A DNA stretch of 64,000 nucleotides from Candidatus Saccharimonadota bacterium. GTDB taxonomy: Bacteria > Patescibacteriota > Saccharimonadia > Saccharimonadales > Saccharimonadaceae. The notes beneath the pieces were generated by a model. It was not told where the DNA came from, made no database searches, and worked only from the letters and a program-made list of their open reading frames with translations. Shown here piece by piece: positions 55,190-64,000 of the stretch (within the stretch, counting starts at the first letter, position 1; every line of letters begins with the position of its first letter). The translations under genes were made by a program, and so were the position numbers. The stretch spans positions 129 through 64,128 of the forward strand of contig JAFRBR010000005.1 in assembly GCA_017404795.1 (NCBI GenBank). The letters run 5' to 3'.

Positions 55190-56453
55190 TCGCAATCCTC
55201 ACAATATCTAGGATTGTCACAATAAAGATTAGGGCCAGCAGTATCATCATCGCGCGTGAGACTATTTTTTCTTCCGTCTCTTTGGTTAACTCCTTTTTGC
55301 GGACCTTATAAATCGCAATCAGTAGCCACCGCCCACCATCAAGAGCCGGAATCGGCAGTACATTCATACAGGCCAGCGACACCGAAATTAGTGCCGTCAA
55401 AAACGCCAAATTCGACGGCCCCGCTGCCGTAAAGGCCGGGAATAATTGCCCCACTATCCCTACCGGACCCGCCACCGAATCGCCCACCGAGGAAATCGCC
55501 TCTTGGCCGCTTTCGCGCACGCTGTCATCAAAACTAAATTGTTGCGCTACTCCAGATACCAAATTTCCTAGCAATATCCCCACGCCCTTAAAAGTCTCAC
55601 CAGTTAGTTGCGCCGTTAATCCTACACCCACCACTGGCGCCGACCAAGTAGAATAAGACAAAGATTGCGTAGAAGACATTGTCACCCCCAGCAAGTATTC
55701 TGAATCCGATGGGTTTAAGGTCACATTGGTATTGAATCTGACTTTATCCTCGCCCTCCTCCAGGCACGGGCAGGGCTCTTGGTAACAATCCGGCTGATTT
55801 ACACACACTGTCTCCATCCGCGCCACGGTATAAGCCACTTCCTCACCCGCATGGGCTTGGTTGATTTCGTTAATCTCACTAGTGTATTTGACCTCGGTGC
55901 CATCGATCGCAATAATGTAATCATCTACCATCAACCCAGCACGAGAAGCCGGTGAATCTTCTGCCACATTGGTAATCTGCACCGGTGTAAAATCCGTCCG
56001 CGTATCCGACTCTACTGTAAACTGCCCCTGCAAAAATTCTGGCATCCCAGTCCAGGCCAAAATCGTAAAAATGATGATCGCCGTTAGCCAGTTCATCGCT
56101 ACTCCAGCAAACAAAATCTTAGTCTTGGCCCAGAAGCTAGCGGCGCCAAAAGTCCCCTTACGGGTGTCAGCGGCCGATTCCCCATCCATCTGACAGAAGC
56201 CCCCAATCGGCAGCCAGTTCAGACTAAAAACCAACCCCTCTTGCGGCTTTTTCCAATCTTTACGCGGTAACCGTTTCCATTTCTTGGTTTTGGGGTCTTT
56301 GACCCAAGCGATCGCTCGCGGCGGGAAACAAATCCCAAATTCTAATACTCTTACGCCATTGCGACGCGCTGCAATAAAATGCCCAAATTCGTGCAAAGTC
56401 ACCAGTGTCATTAGCACCAACAACCCTACAATCACACCTAAAAATATATCCAT
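55179..56453 (-). CDS. rseP: RIP metalloprotease RseP with PDZ domain
   Basis: HEFGH, LPIGGF, NVLPIPALDGG. Confidence 0.95.
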   Translation of the reverse strand: MDIFLGVIVGLLVLMTLVTLHEFGHFIAARRNGVRVLEFGICFPPRAIAWVKDPKTKKWKRLPRKDWKKPQEGLVFSLNWLPIGGFCQMDGESAADTRKGTFGAASFWAKTKILFAGVAMNWLTAIIIFTILAWTGMPEFLQGQFTVESDTRTDFTPVQITNVAEDSPASRAGLMVDDYIIAIDGTEVKYTSEINEINQAHAGEEVAYTVARMETVCVNQPDCYQEPCPCLEEGEDKVRFNTNVTLNPSDSEYLLGVTMSSTQSLSYSTWSAPVVGVGLTAQLTGETFKGVGILLGNLVSGVAQQFSFDDSVRESGQEAISSVGDSVAGPVGIVGQLFPAFTAAGPSNLAFLTALISVSLACMNVLPIPALDGGRWLLIAIYKVRKKELTKETEEKIVSRAMMILLALIFIVTILDIVRIANGG

Positions 56454-56468
56454 AAACTTATTATACCA

Positions 56469-57137
56469 CTATTTGCCAAATCTGCGGTTACGTTTTTCAT
56501 ACTCAGCCAAAATCAACTTCATATCTGCGGGCTCCATCTCTGGAAAATATTTCTCTACGAACATCAGCTCCGAGTAGGCCCCTCGCCAGAGCATAAAACC
56601 AGAAATCCGCTGCTCTCCGCTTGTCCGGACAATCATGTCTACGTCGGGCACCTCCGGATGATACAAGTGCTTACGGATAGCTTCGGGCGTAATCTCTCCC
56701 TCGCTGGCCGCGATCGTCGCTGCATCCGCAATTTCCTGTTCCCCACCGTAATTAAAGCAAAAACAAACTGTAATTCCAGTGCAATCCGCGGTCAATTTTT
56801 CAGCTTTTTCAATCGTGCTAATTAGTTTTGGTGAAACTCTATCTCGAGACCCTAGCACCAACAGGCGCCCGTTTTTGTCGGCCAGCTTCTTAGCAAACTT
56901 CATCACATACACGTCCACCAATTTCATCAAATACGACACTTCCGTCTCACTCCGCCCCCAGTTCTCGGTGCTAAAAATATAAAAAGTGATATATTTAATC
57001 CCCTCATCCGCAGCGGCATTAACTAGGTCTTCGATTTTATACATCCCCTTCTTGTGCCCCTCGATTGTTGGCAAACCTTGTTCCCTAGCCCACCGCCGAT
57101 TGCCATCAGGGATAATTCCTAAATGCGTTAAACCCAT
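56469..57137 (-). CDS. uppS: Undecaprenyl diphosphate synthase
   Basis: IPDGNRRWA, FSTENWGRS, RTSGEQRISGF. Confidence 0.97.
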   Translation of the reverse strand: MGLTHLGIIPDGNRRWAREQGLPTIEGHKKGMYKIEDLVNAAADEGIKYITFYIFSTENWGRSETEVSYLMKLVDVYVMKFAKKLADKNGRLLVLGSRDRVSPKLISTIEKAEKLTADCTGITVCFCFNYGGEQEIADAATIAASEGEITPEAIRKHLYHPEVPDVDMIVRTSGEQRISGFMLWRGAYSELMFVEKYFPEMEPADMKLILAEYEKRNRRFGK

Positions 57138-57139
57138 AA

Positions 57140-57691
57140 TTACAACTTCATAATTTCCGCTGATTTGTCTTTAAACTCAGCTTCGACCTTGTCGCTGAAT
57201 TCCTTAGTCAGTTCGTCAATTTCTTTTTCGGCCCGCTTCTTGGCGTCTTCGCCTAGTTCGGTGGCACCCTTCACGTCTTTACGAGCATCCTCCCGCACAT
57301 TGCGCAGAGCCACCTTAGCTTCCTCTACCTTAGCGGAAGCATTTTTGACGATTTCTTTGCGTCGCTCCTCGGTCAAAGCCGGAATCGGTACTCGTATTAC
57401 TCGTCCATCGTCCGCTGGATTAAGCCCCAGAGATTGGTCCGCTCGAATCGCTGAGCTAATCGCCTCAATATTCGCCGGGTCAAAAGGCGTAATCACCAAC
57501 AAAGTCGCATCTGCCGCTACAATATTAGACACCTGATTCAAAGGCATCATTTGTCCATAAACTTCAACTTTGACACCAGAAAGCATATCTGGATGAGCCC
57601 GCCCCGTACGTACCTTCTTCATTTCACTCTTAAACCGCTCCACTACTTTTTCCATTTTTTGGCGGTATTCTGATGAATCAAACATATTCAC
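57140..57691 (-). CDS. frr: Ribosome recycling factor
   Basis: RTGRAHP, P.LTEERRKE, RNVREDA. Confidence 0.97.
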   Translation of the reverse strand: MNMFDSSEYRQKMEKVVERFKSEMKKVRTGRAHPDMLSGVKVEVYGQMMPLNQVSNIVAADATLLVITPFDPANIEAISSAIRADQSLGLNPADDGRVIRVPIPALTEERRKEIVKNASAKVEEAKVALRNVREDARKDVKGATELGEDAKKRAEKEIDELTKEFSDKVEAEFKDKSAEIMKL

Positions 57692-57754
57692 TCCTTGTTT
57701 ATTAACCCTATTATACCAAAAATCCGGCGTTATTTAAGCCGGATTTTGGTCAGA

Positions 57755-58099
57755 TTATTTTTCGATTTTATTGGTTTCTTTGGCCAGTTTCTTTTCGGCT
57801 TCTTTGGCGGCCTTCTTGGCTTTGTTCTCTAGAGCTTCTCGCATCTTCTTGGCCTTCTCGGCTCGAGCCTTAAAGCGGTCTACGCGACCTTCAGTATCGA
57901 TAATTTTTTCCTCGCCAGTAAAGAAAGGGTGACTCTTAGAAGAAATCTGAATCTTCACTAGCGGGTATTCTTTGCCGTCTTCCCATTTGATGGTCTCTTC
58001 GCTCTTAGCGGTGGACTTGGTCAAAAACGCAAAGCCAGCCGCCTCATCAGAGAACACGACATACCTGTAATCTTTTGGATGTAACTCTTTTTTACTCAT
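57755..58099 (-). CDS. rpmE: 50S ribosomal protein L31 type B (Zn-independent) with C-terminal charged extension
   Basis: HP.DYR.VVF.D, YPL....ISS.SHPFFTG, GRVDRF; no Cys. Confidence 0.93.
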   Translation of the reverse strand: MSKKELHPKDYRYVVFSDEAAGFAFLTKSTAKSEETIKWEDGKEYPLVKIQISSKSHPFFTGEEKIIDTEGRVDRFKARAEKAKKMREALENKAKKAAKEAEKKLAKETNKIEK

Positions 58100-58189
58100 A
58101 TCTCCCTCCATTATATCAGATAAAATAAAAAAAGTAAAGCAGTTGGGGCAGACTAAGGCCTGCCCCAAGAGATAAAGAACTCCCACCAG

Positions 58190-58834
58190 TTAGAGGATGG
58201 TATCAATGTCGGTGACGATTTCGTCGATGAAGCCACGCTCCAGAGCGTCTTCTGGCAACATATAGAGCTCTACGCGCTTCAAAGCGTCGTAGTCGATACC
58301 TTTCATCTTGCTGTGCTTCAAAATATGTTTCTTGATTACGTCATTCTCAAACTTCTTCTCGAAGTCGACTCGGTCTTGGACCTTATTCGTCGTGCCACCA
58401 GCAATCGAAAAGCCATCATGGAGCAAGAAAGTCGTATTTGGCAGTGAAAGACGCTTTTTACCTGTAATGCCGATTAAAAACGACATTGAGCTCCACTCGC
58501 CCACATTAATAGTATAAATTGGGGTCTTGCTTAGCTCCATCATTGAAATCAGCGCAAATCCTTCCGTCATATTACCGCCAGGCGAATTAATATAAAGATA
58601 AACTGGTTCACGCTCTTCTGGCTCGATGTCTTTATCCATCCGATTACAATCAAGAATATCATCGATTAGTTGCGAGACGATAGAAGAGTTTAAAAAACCT
58701 ACTTCGTCTTCGTCTACTGACGTAATTTCTCCATAAAGATATAGCCTCCTCATTGTTCGTGCATTGATGCGTTCAATTTCTTCTATGGTGCTGTTAATAC
58801 TTATCGTCGCCGGCAAGTCATTCGTTGAAGCCAT
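58190..58834 (-). CDS. ClpP-like protease subunit (divergent)
   Basis: LYINSPGG, G..SSM (Ser), LLHD (His), EDALERGFIDEI. Confidence 0.85.
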   Translation of the reverse strand: MASTNDLPATISINSTIEEIERINARTMRRLYLYGEITSVDEDEVGFLNSSIVSQLIDDILDCNRMDKDIEPEEREPVYLYINSPGGNMTEGFALISMMELSKTPIYTINVGEWSSMSFLIGITGKKRLSLPNTTFLLHDGFSIAGGTTNKVQDRVDFEKKFENDVIKKHILKHSKMKGIDYDALKRVELYMLPEDALERGFIDEIVTDIDTIL

Positions 58835-59023
58835 AAACTACCTCCTTTTTAAGTTACGACCCACCTTCATAAACACCAATTCTACCTCAAAATCTTGCTT
58901 TTTTCAAGCATATGTGATATAATGGAAACATATATTAATTTAACGAAACAGCTTTTGGGAGGTTTCCTGTTTGTGCGGAGCACAATTCAATTTCCCAGAG
59001 GCAAAGAGAAAGGAAATCATATA

Positions 59024-59716
59024 ATGACAGTAGCTGTCGATATGAAAGCACTGCTAGAATCTGGTGCTCATTTTGGTCACAAGACCAGCCGCTGGCACCC
59101 CAAAATGGCCCCTTATATTCATAGCAAACGGGGCGAATCCCACATTATCAACCTAGAGAAGACGGTCGAGGCTTTGGAGCAGGCCCTTCCCAAAATCACC
59201 GAAATCACCAAATCCGGCAAGAAGATTCTCTTTGTCGGCACCAAGAAACAGATGAAGGACATCGTTAAAGAGGCCGCCGAATCGGTCGAGATGCCCTATG
59301 TTACCGTGCGTTGGATTGGTGGAGCTCTGACCAATGTCGATACCGTTAATCGCCAGATTAAGAAACTAAAAGATTTGGAACGCCGTATGAGTTCTGGCGA
59401 GCTCGAGAACCGCTATTCCAAGTTGGAAGTCCAGAGATTCCAAGAAGAAATCGATATGCTAAACGAGCGTTACGGCGGCATCAAGGATATGACCGAACAG
59501 CCAGCCGCGATTTTTGTAGTGGATGCCAACGAGGAAAAGAATGCCATCAAAGAAGCCAACATTCTCAAAATTCCGGTTTTTGCGATGGTGGATACCAATG
59601 TTGACCCCAGCCCAATTGACTACGTCATCCCTGCAAACGATGACTCTATCAAGGCAACCAAACTAATTCTCGACTACGTCGTCGAGGCAATTAAACAAGG
59701 CAAAAATAGGAGGTAA
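59024..59716 (+). CDS. rpsB: 30S ribosomal protein S2
   Basis: LLESGAHFGH.T.RW.PKM, RW.GG.LTN, PANDDS. Confidence 0.98.
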   Translation: MTVAVDMKALLESGAHFGHKTSRWHPKMAPYIHSKRGESHIINLEKTVEALEQALPKITEITKSGKKILFVGTKKQMKDIVKEAAESVEMPYVTVRWIGGALTNVDTVNRQIKKLKDLERRMSSGELENRYSKLEVQRFQEEIDMLNERYGGIKDMTEQPAAIFVVDANEEKNAIKEANILKIPVFAMVDTNVDPSPIDYVIPANDDSIKATKLILDYVVEAIKQGKNRR

Positions 59717-59718
59717 AA

Positions 59719-60318
59719 ATGGCCAAAAATAACGAAATCACAATCGAACAAATCAAAAAATTAAAAGAACTCTCCGGCGTCGGTCTGACTGATGCCAAGA
59801 AGGCTTTAGTCGAAGCCAAGGGCGATTTTGATAAGGCCTTAGAGGCTATGCGCAAAAAAGGTCTCACCAAAGCCGAAAAACGCGGCGAACGCGAGACTCG
59901 CGAAGGCCTGATCGACGCCTATATTCACGATGGCCGTCTTGGTGCTATCGTCGAGGTCAACTGCGAAACTAGTTTCGTAGCCAAGACCGATGAATTCAAG
60001 ACCCTGGCCCACCAAATTGCTATGCAAGTAGCTTCTATGAACCCACTTTATGTGTCAGAAGATGATATCCCCGAGGCTGACCGCAAGGCCAAGATGAAAG
60101 AGCTAGAAGCCAATTTCAAAGGCCCAGACAATATGAAGGAAAAGATCCTCGAAGGCCAGATAAAGAAGGCTTTCTCCGACAAAGTCCTGATGAACCAGCC
60201 CTACATCTTGGATGACACCAAGACCGTCGAGCAGTTCATTAAGGAGGCCATTGCCAAAACAGGTGAGAATATTACCGTCCGTCAGTTCAAGCGTATCGAA
60301 CTCGGCGTCACGGAGTAA
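59719..60318 (+). CDS. tsf: Elongation factor Ts (short form)
   Basis: IKKL.E.SG.G..D.KKAL, EVNCETSFVA. Confidence 0.97.
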   Translation: MAKNNEITIEQIKKLKELSGVGLTDAKKALVEAKGDFDKALEAMRKKGLTKAEKRGERETREGLIDAYIHDGRLGAIVEVNCETSFVAKTDEFKTLAHQIAMQVASMNPLYVSEDDIPEADRKAKMKELEANFKGPDNMKEKILEGQIKKAFSDKVLMNQPYILDDTKTVEQFIKEAIAKTGENITVRQFKRIELGVTE

Positions 60319-60323
60319 TAATC

Positions 60324-60358
60324 AAAAACGAGTTGGAATTCACTTCCAACTCGTTTTT
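60324..60358 (+). terminator. rpsB-tsf terminator
   Basis: AAAAACGAGTTGGAA / TTCCAACTCGTTTTT. Confidence 0.85.
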
Positions 60359-60430
60359 CTTGCTAAGAAATCGGGCACCCTCGCAGTATATCGGTGCCCG
60401 ATTTTACAGAGTATGAATTTTAATTACTAA

Positions 60431-61369
60431 TTATTTTCGTCGATTCGCCTTCTTGGCGCGTGGTGTCTTTTTATCGTTTCGCATAATGAACACAACCCCA
60501 GCTACTGCTACCACCCCAAAGATAATCAGCCCAGTCACTAGATAATCCGTTTGCGAAATATTGCTGTCCTTAAACATCCCACCGGTATTCGCCGTATTTG
60601 GCACTGGTATCACTCGCCCCTGTTCCACATAGTCTACATACGTAGTATAAGATTTATAAAGTAGCCCATTTTCATCGTAAGCCGTCACCGTAATCTTATA
60701 ATTTCCACTTTCAAGTCCACTAAAATCGATCTGAGCTGTGTCCGCCGGGTAATTCACCGTGATGCTTTTTACGACTTCATCTCCATCATACACATTTATC
60801 ACTATTGTATCAATAATACTGGCATCACTTTGGTCATAACTTAGATCCACATTTACTGTGTCTGTGCCCTCTTCCTGTGCCGCATCACCAATTACTGGAT
60901 AATAAGAAAAAGTGGCATAATCCGTATCTGTTAGACTACCAGAAACAGCGGTCACAATTAATTTGTATTCACCATATCCATAATCGTAGTCGCTTTCCCC
61001 AAGTCGATAATCAGCCAAATTCAAAGTGCCCGTAAAAGTCCCATCTTGTTGTCCCGCATCAATGTCCGCAATTGGGTAAGTATATTTGTTGCCATCCTTA
61101 TTCGTGTATTCCAATACGGCCGTCACCGTGCTCGCGCTATGGTATTTAAATATTATTTCCTTTTCAGGGGTAACGAAAATCGGATCCCCTAATGGTTCGA
61201 CGATTGTGGCATCCACATCCGTTCCGACCACTGTCACAGTGATAGTGTCGACCACGGTTGATGTAGCCAGGGCTTCTGGGTTACTTGGCAAAGCCAGCGC
61301 CACCGCTGTAGTCGCCACTACAACGCCCAGCCCAAAGAGCCCAAATAACTTTTTTTGTGTTTTTTTCAT
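60431..61369 (-). CDS. Secreted Ig-like surface protein with VPNT(A/G)-type sorting signal
   Basis: Signal peptide; C-terminal VPNTANTGG..TM..RNDKK..RRK. Confidence 0.65.
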   Translation of the reverse strand: MKKTQKKLFGLFGLGVVVATTAVALALPSNPEALATSTVVDTITVTVVGTDVDATIVEPLGDPIFVTPEKEIIFKYHSASTVTAVLEYTNKDGNKYTYPIADIDAGQQDGTFTGTLNLADYRLGESDYDYGYGEYKLIVTAVSGSLTDTDYATFSYYPVIGDAAQEEGTDTVNVDLSYDQSDASIIDTIVINVYDGDEVVKSITVNYPADTAQIDFSGLESGNYKITVTAYDENGLLYKSYTTYVDYVEQGRVIPVPNTANTGGMFKDSNISQTDYLVTGLIIFGVVAVAGVVFIMRNDKKTPRAKKANRRK

Positions 61370-61440
61370 ACTCTACACTCTCTTTGTTTTTTATTTTATA
61401 TTTGTATGTTGGTTTTGTAAAGTTTTCCACAAGTAGGACG

Positions 61441-62463
61441 CTAAATTGCGAGCCTCGAGCGGCGTTCTTTACGCTTCCTGACCCCTATTATAACGGAAAC
61501 CACGATAATTGTCAAGATGATTATGGTAATAATAATCGCAATTGGGTTAATTACAAAAATCACTTTTTCGATTGTTTCGGTATTCTCACCGGCTACCACC
61601 GTCCAAGTCACCCTATAAAGCCCAAAATCTGGCGTTTCGGCCCACTCGTCCTGCACTACTCGCTCCGATTCAGGGATGATTGATACCGCGTTAGTGTTGT
61701 TCGCCGTTTCGTAGCTACTAAACCCGATAATCGGCTCCACCTTTAGAGTGCCCTTAGCAAAGAAATCAACATTACCAGTATTTTTAACTTTGGCTATTCC
61801 GTAAAAATTATTATTGCTGCCACTTGCTTCGTCTGACTTTAGTCCCTGACCGATCTCTAAATCGCGAATTTCAGACTCAATTTTGGATTCTCCTTCTGTC
61901 GAACGGCCATACAGAATCATCCCAGCACTCGCTTCGGTCCTAATCCCGCCAGATTCCTCACCACTTGAAACCGTCTGTGCAAAAATCACCGCATATTGCC
62001 CGCCAGCCGGAATACTCGCCGGCGTCTTGATTTGGTACTCCACGGTCAAACTTTCCCCTGCCGGAATAGTAAAACCCGGTTGAGTCACGTAATTACCGCT
62101 CTTATCTTTAATCTTAATCCAGCGCGAAATTTGAGTAAAATTATTCTCGTTGCTAAAACCTAGCTGGTACGAATCTTCTTCTTCGGAGTAAACATAAGAA
62201 TACGGCGCCGCATAAACTTCTATTTTCATTTCTTCGGCTCCGTTGTTAGTTACGCTAAAGTTCCCATCATAAACCGAGTTAGACGCAATCTCTAGTGTCC
62301 GGCTTACCGGCGTCAAAGTCATGCTAGTCTTAGGAGCCTCTACGTTTTCGGTATTTTCGACCTGGTTATCGCCTTCTTCTGCATGGGCATTAATTGCTAT
62401 TAAGCCCATCCCTAGCACGGCTACTAGGCTCGCCAGCACTGAGTTCACAATAAATCTCTTCAT
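61441..62463 (-). CDS. DUF916/DUF3324-like (WxL-interacting type) surface protein
   Basis: Signal peptide, P..IPAGGQYAVI, NTGNVDF, G.Y.V, C-terminal TM with basic tail. Confidence 0.6.
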   Translation of the reverse strand: MKRFIVNSVLASLVAVLGMGLIAINAHAEEGDNQVENTENVEAPKTSMTLTPVSRTLEIASNSVYDGNFSVTNNGAEEMKIEVYAAPYSYVYSEEEDSYQLGFSNENNFTQISRWIKIKDKSGNYVTQPGFTIPAGESLTVEYQIKTPASIPAGGQYAVIFAQTVSSGEESGGIRTEASAGMILYGRSTEGESKIESEIRDLEIGQGLKSDEASGSNNNFYGIAKVKNTGNVDFFAKGTLKVEPIIGFSSYETANNTNAVSIIPESERVVQDEWAETPDFGLYRVTWTVVAGENTETIEKVIFVINPIAIIITIIILTIIVVSVIIGVRKRKERRSRLAI

Positions 62464-62516
62464 TTACCTCCTTTACTTTTGTCCATTATATCATACCTAA
62501 CTCAAAATAAAAACCT

Positions 62517-64000
62517 TCAAATTGCCCTAAATGTGGTATAATTATAACTGTCCCAAGCGCGCGTGGTGGAATTGGTAGACACGCTACCTTGAGGTGGTAG
62601 TGGCCGTGAATTAGGCTGTGCTGGTTCAAGTCCAGTCGCGCGCACCAGTTCCAGACTTTTTTCAGAGTTTTTGCCTGTAGGGCAATTTTTTATTGCCGAG
62701 CGCAGCGCGGAGTAAAGGCGAAAATAGGCTCGCGGTGCGGGGGTCGCGAGCCCATTTTCGCCCGCCCTTTTATCATTATGGTAGTCTTTTAGTGTGGGGG
62801 TTTGGTTTATTAAATACAGGTTCAACCCAAACAAATCTATTGCGAGTTGCTTTTTAGCACATAAGTCGTTAGATTTTGCGATTTTACAGATAGAACCGAG
62901 CGAATCTAGCCATTTTCGCATAGGTTCAACCCAACTTTTTTGGCTGGTTTCAAAATTATTTAAAAACTCTGCAAGTGATTTCTTCTCACCGAGCAGTTCC
63001 GCTTTTTTATCCAGGAAGGTTTCACGGTCTATATCTTGCTCTAAATAACTATCAAATAAGATTTTCTGTTTAGTAGAGATGTTACGGAGTTTCTGCTCGG
63101 CGTCAGCTCGCGTTTTGTTATAATTGGCGCGCTCGGCTTCCGCATCTTGCTCTAACTTGTTAAGCAGAAAATCATAAATCGCTTGCGGAGGCGCAAATTC
63201 TAATAAGAATTCGCTTAATCTACTATCGAGCAATTCTTCGCGGAGTGGCTTTTCTCTACATTTGACAGTTTTACTCTTACGAGAGCATCTATAATAGATA
63301 TAATTATGACGATTGCCATTTTTCTGGATCTTAGTTTTATTTTCGGCAGTAATCATCATGCCACACGAACAATGGAACAACCCGCATAGGTCGTGTTTAA
63401 TCTTTTTTCTTTTATATTGGTGACCACGCTCCGCTAGAACTCTTTGGACTCTGTCGTAAAGAGATTTCTCTATAATTGGTTGATGGTTGCCTTCGTGCAG
63501 TTCGCCGTCATAGCGAAATAGTCCATAATAAAAGGGGTTGGACAGTATAGATTTTACTCTATCAACGTGATATGGCTTACCACTACGCGTTGCGGCTCCT
63601 TTTTCTTTTAATAGGAGAGAAATCTCTCGGAGTGTATAATGCCCGCTAGAGTAAGTTTCGTATATCTGTCTAATAACGCCCGCAAACTGTGGGTCTGGCA
63701 CTATCGTCTTTGTGCGATAATCATTCAAATAGCCGATTGGTGCCGGTCCAGGAAACTCGCCACGCCGAACTTTCTCTCGCAGTCCTCGCTTTGTATTCTC
63801 GGACAAACTATCCACGTAATACTTGCTTTGCCCGAAGGCCATATTTAGCATAAACTTGCCCTGTGGCGTGGGCTCAAACCAAAAGGTTGGAAAAACTAAT
63901 TTCGTAATAGCACCCGTATCTACTAAATAGACAATCTCACCGCCGTCCACCGAATTGCGCGCTAACCTATCTGGATGCCAAGCCAAAATGCCAGTCGCCT
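62517..64000 (-). mobile_element. Large serine recombinase (5' end outside the window) reading through tRNA-Leu; probable edge of an integrated element
   Basis: WHPDRLARN, SENTKRG, APIGYLN recombinase domain, HQPII, Zn ribbon C.CG...YY.C, coiled coil. Confidence 0.85.
62557..62647 (+). tRNA. tRNA-Leu(GAG)
   Basis: Acceptor GCGCGCG/CGCGCGC, anticodon stem CTACC-TTGAGGT-GGTAG, long variable arm, encoded CCA. Confidence 0.96.

Noticed and set aside
58925-59023. rpsB (t44-like) and rpsJ leader hairpins as autoregulatory RNAs
   Set aside because: Hairpins are visible but I could not match family-specific motifs with confidence; needs cmscan.
451-63848. Numerous short antisense or alternate-frame ORFs in the track
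   Set aside because: They are shadows of well-supported genes, with no SD or promoter support and no recognisable motifs.

Overview
Bacterial chromosome segment, most likely Candidatus Saccharibacteria (Patescibacteria/CPR). This is inferred from the gene repertoire: FISUMP, DUF3048, PEGA and DUF4367-like proteins, a sortase, short ProRS/MetK/EF-Ts and a tRNA-linked serine recombinase. Most of the window is housekeeping genes, mainly on the minus strand (topA, dprA, pth, der, gltX, metK, murF-femAB cluster, rpsJ, tuf, fusA, gatCAB, murJ, PBP1A, split phosphoketolase, uvrB, lysS, greA, proS, rseP, uppS, frr, rpmE, rpsB, tsf), plus three tRNAs and scattered orphan genes. Main observations not explained by the ORF track: (1) two copies (18.0-18.8 kb and 32.8-33.3 kb) of a modular cassette: consensus promoter, conserved leader, unrelated cargo ORF, Shine-Dalgarno-led M-x-W-P-stop micro-ORF(s), then a conserved 97-nt hairpin; (2) a family of GC-rich palindromic elements inserted in frame into at least seven conserved genes, reminiscent of Rickettsia palindromic elements; (3) a FISUMP C-terminus with a DGR variable-region-like codon signature, plus two decayed paralogues; (4) a SAM-I riboswitch whose P1 covers the metK start codon; (5) pervasive TATAAT-N6/7-ATG leaderless starts; (6) an orphan ~320-nt structured transcription unit between topA and dprA. 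All domain names come from motif recognition by eye; no database search was run.
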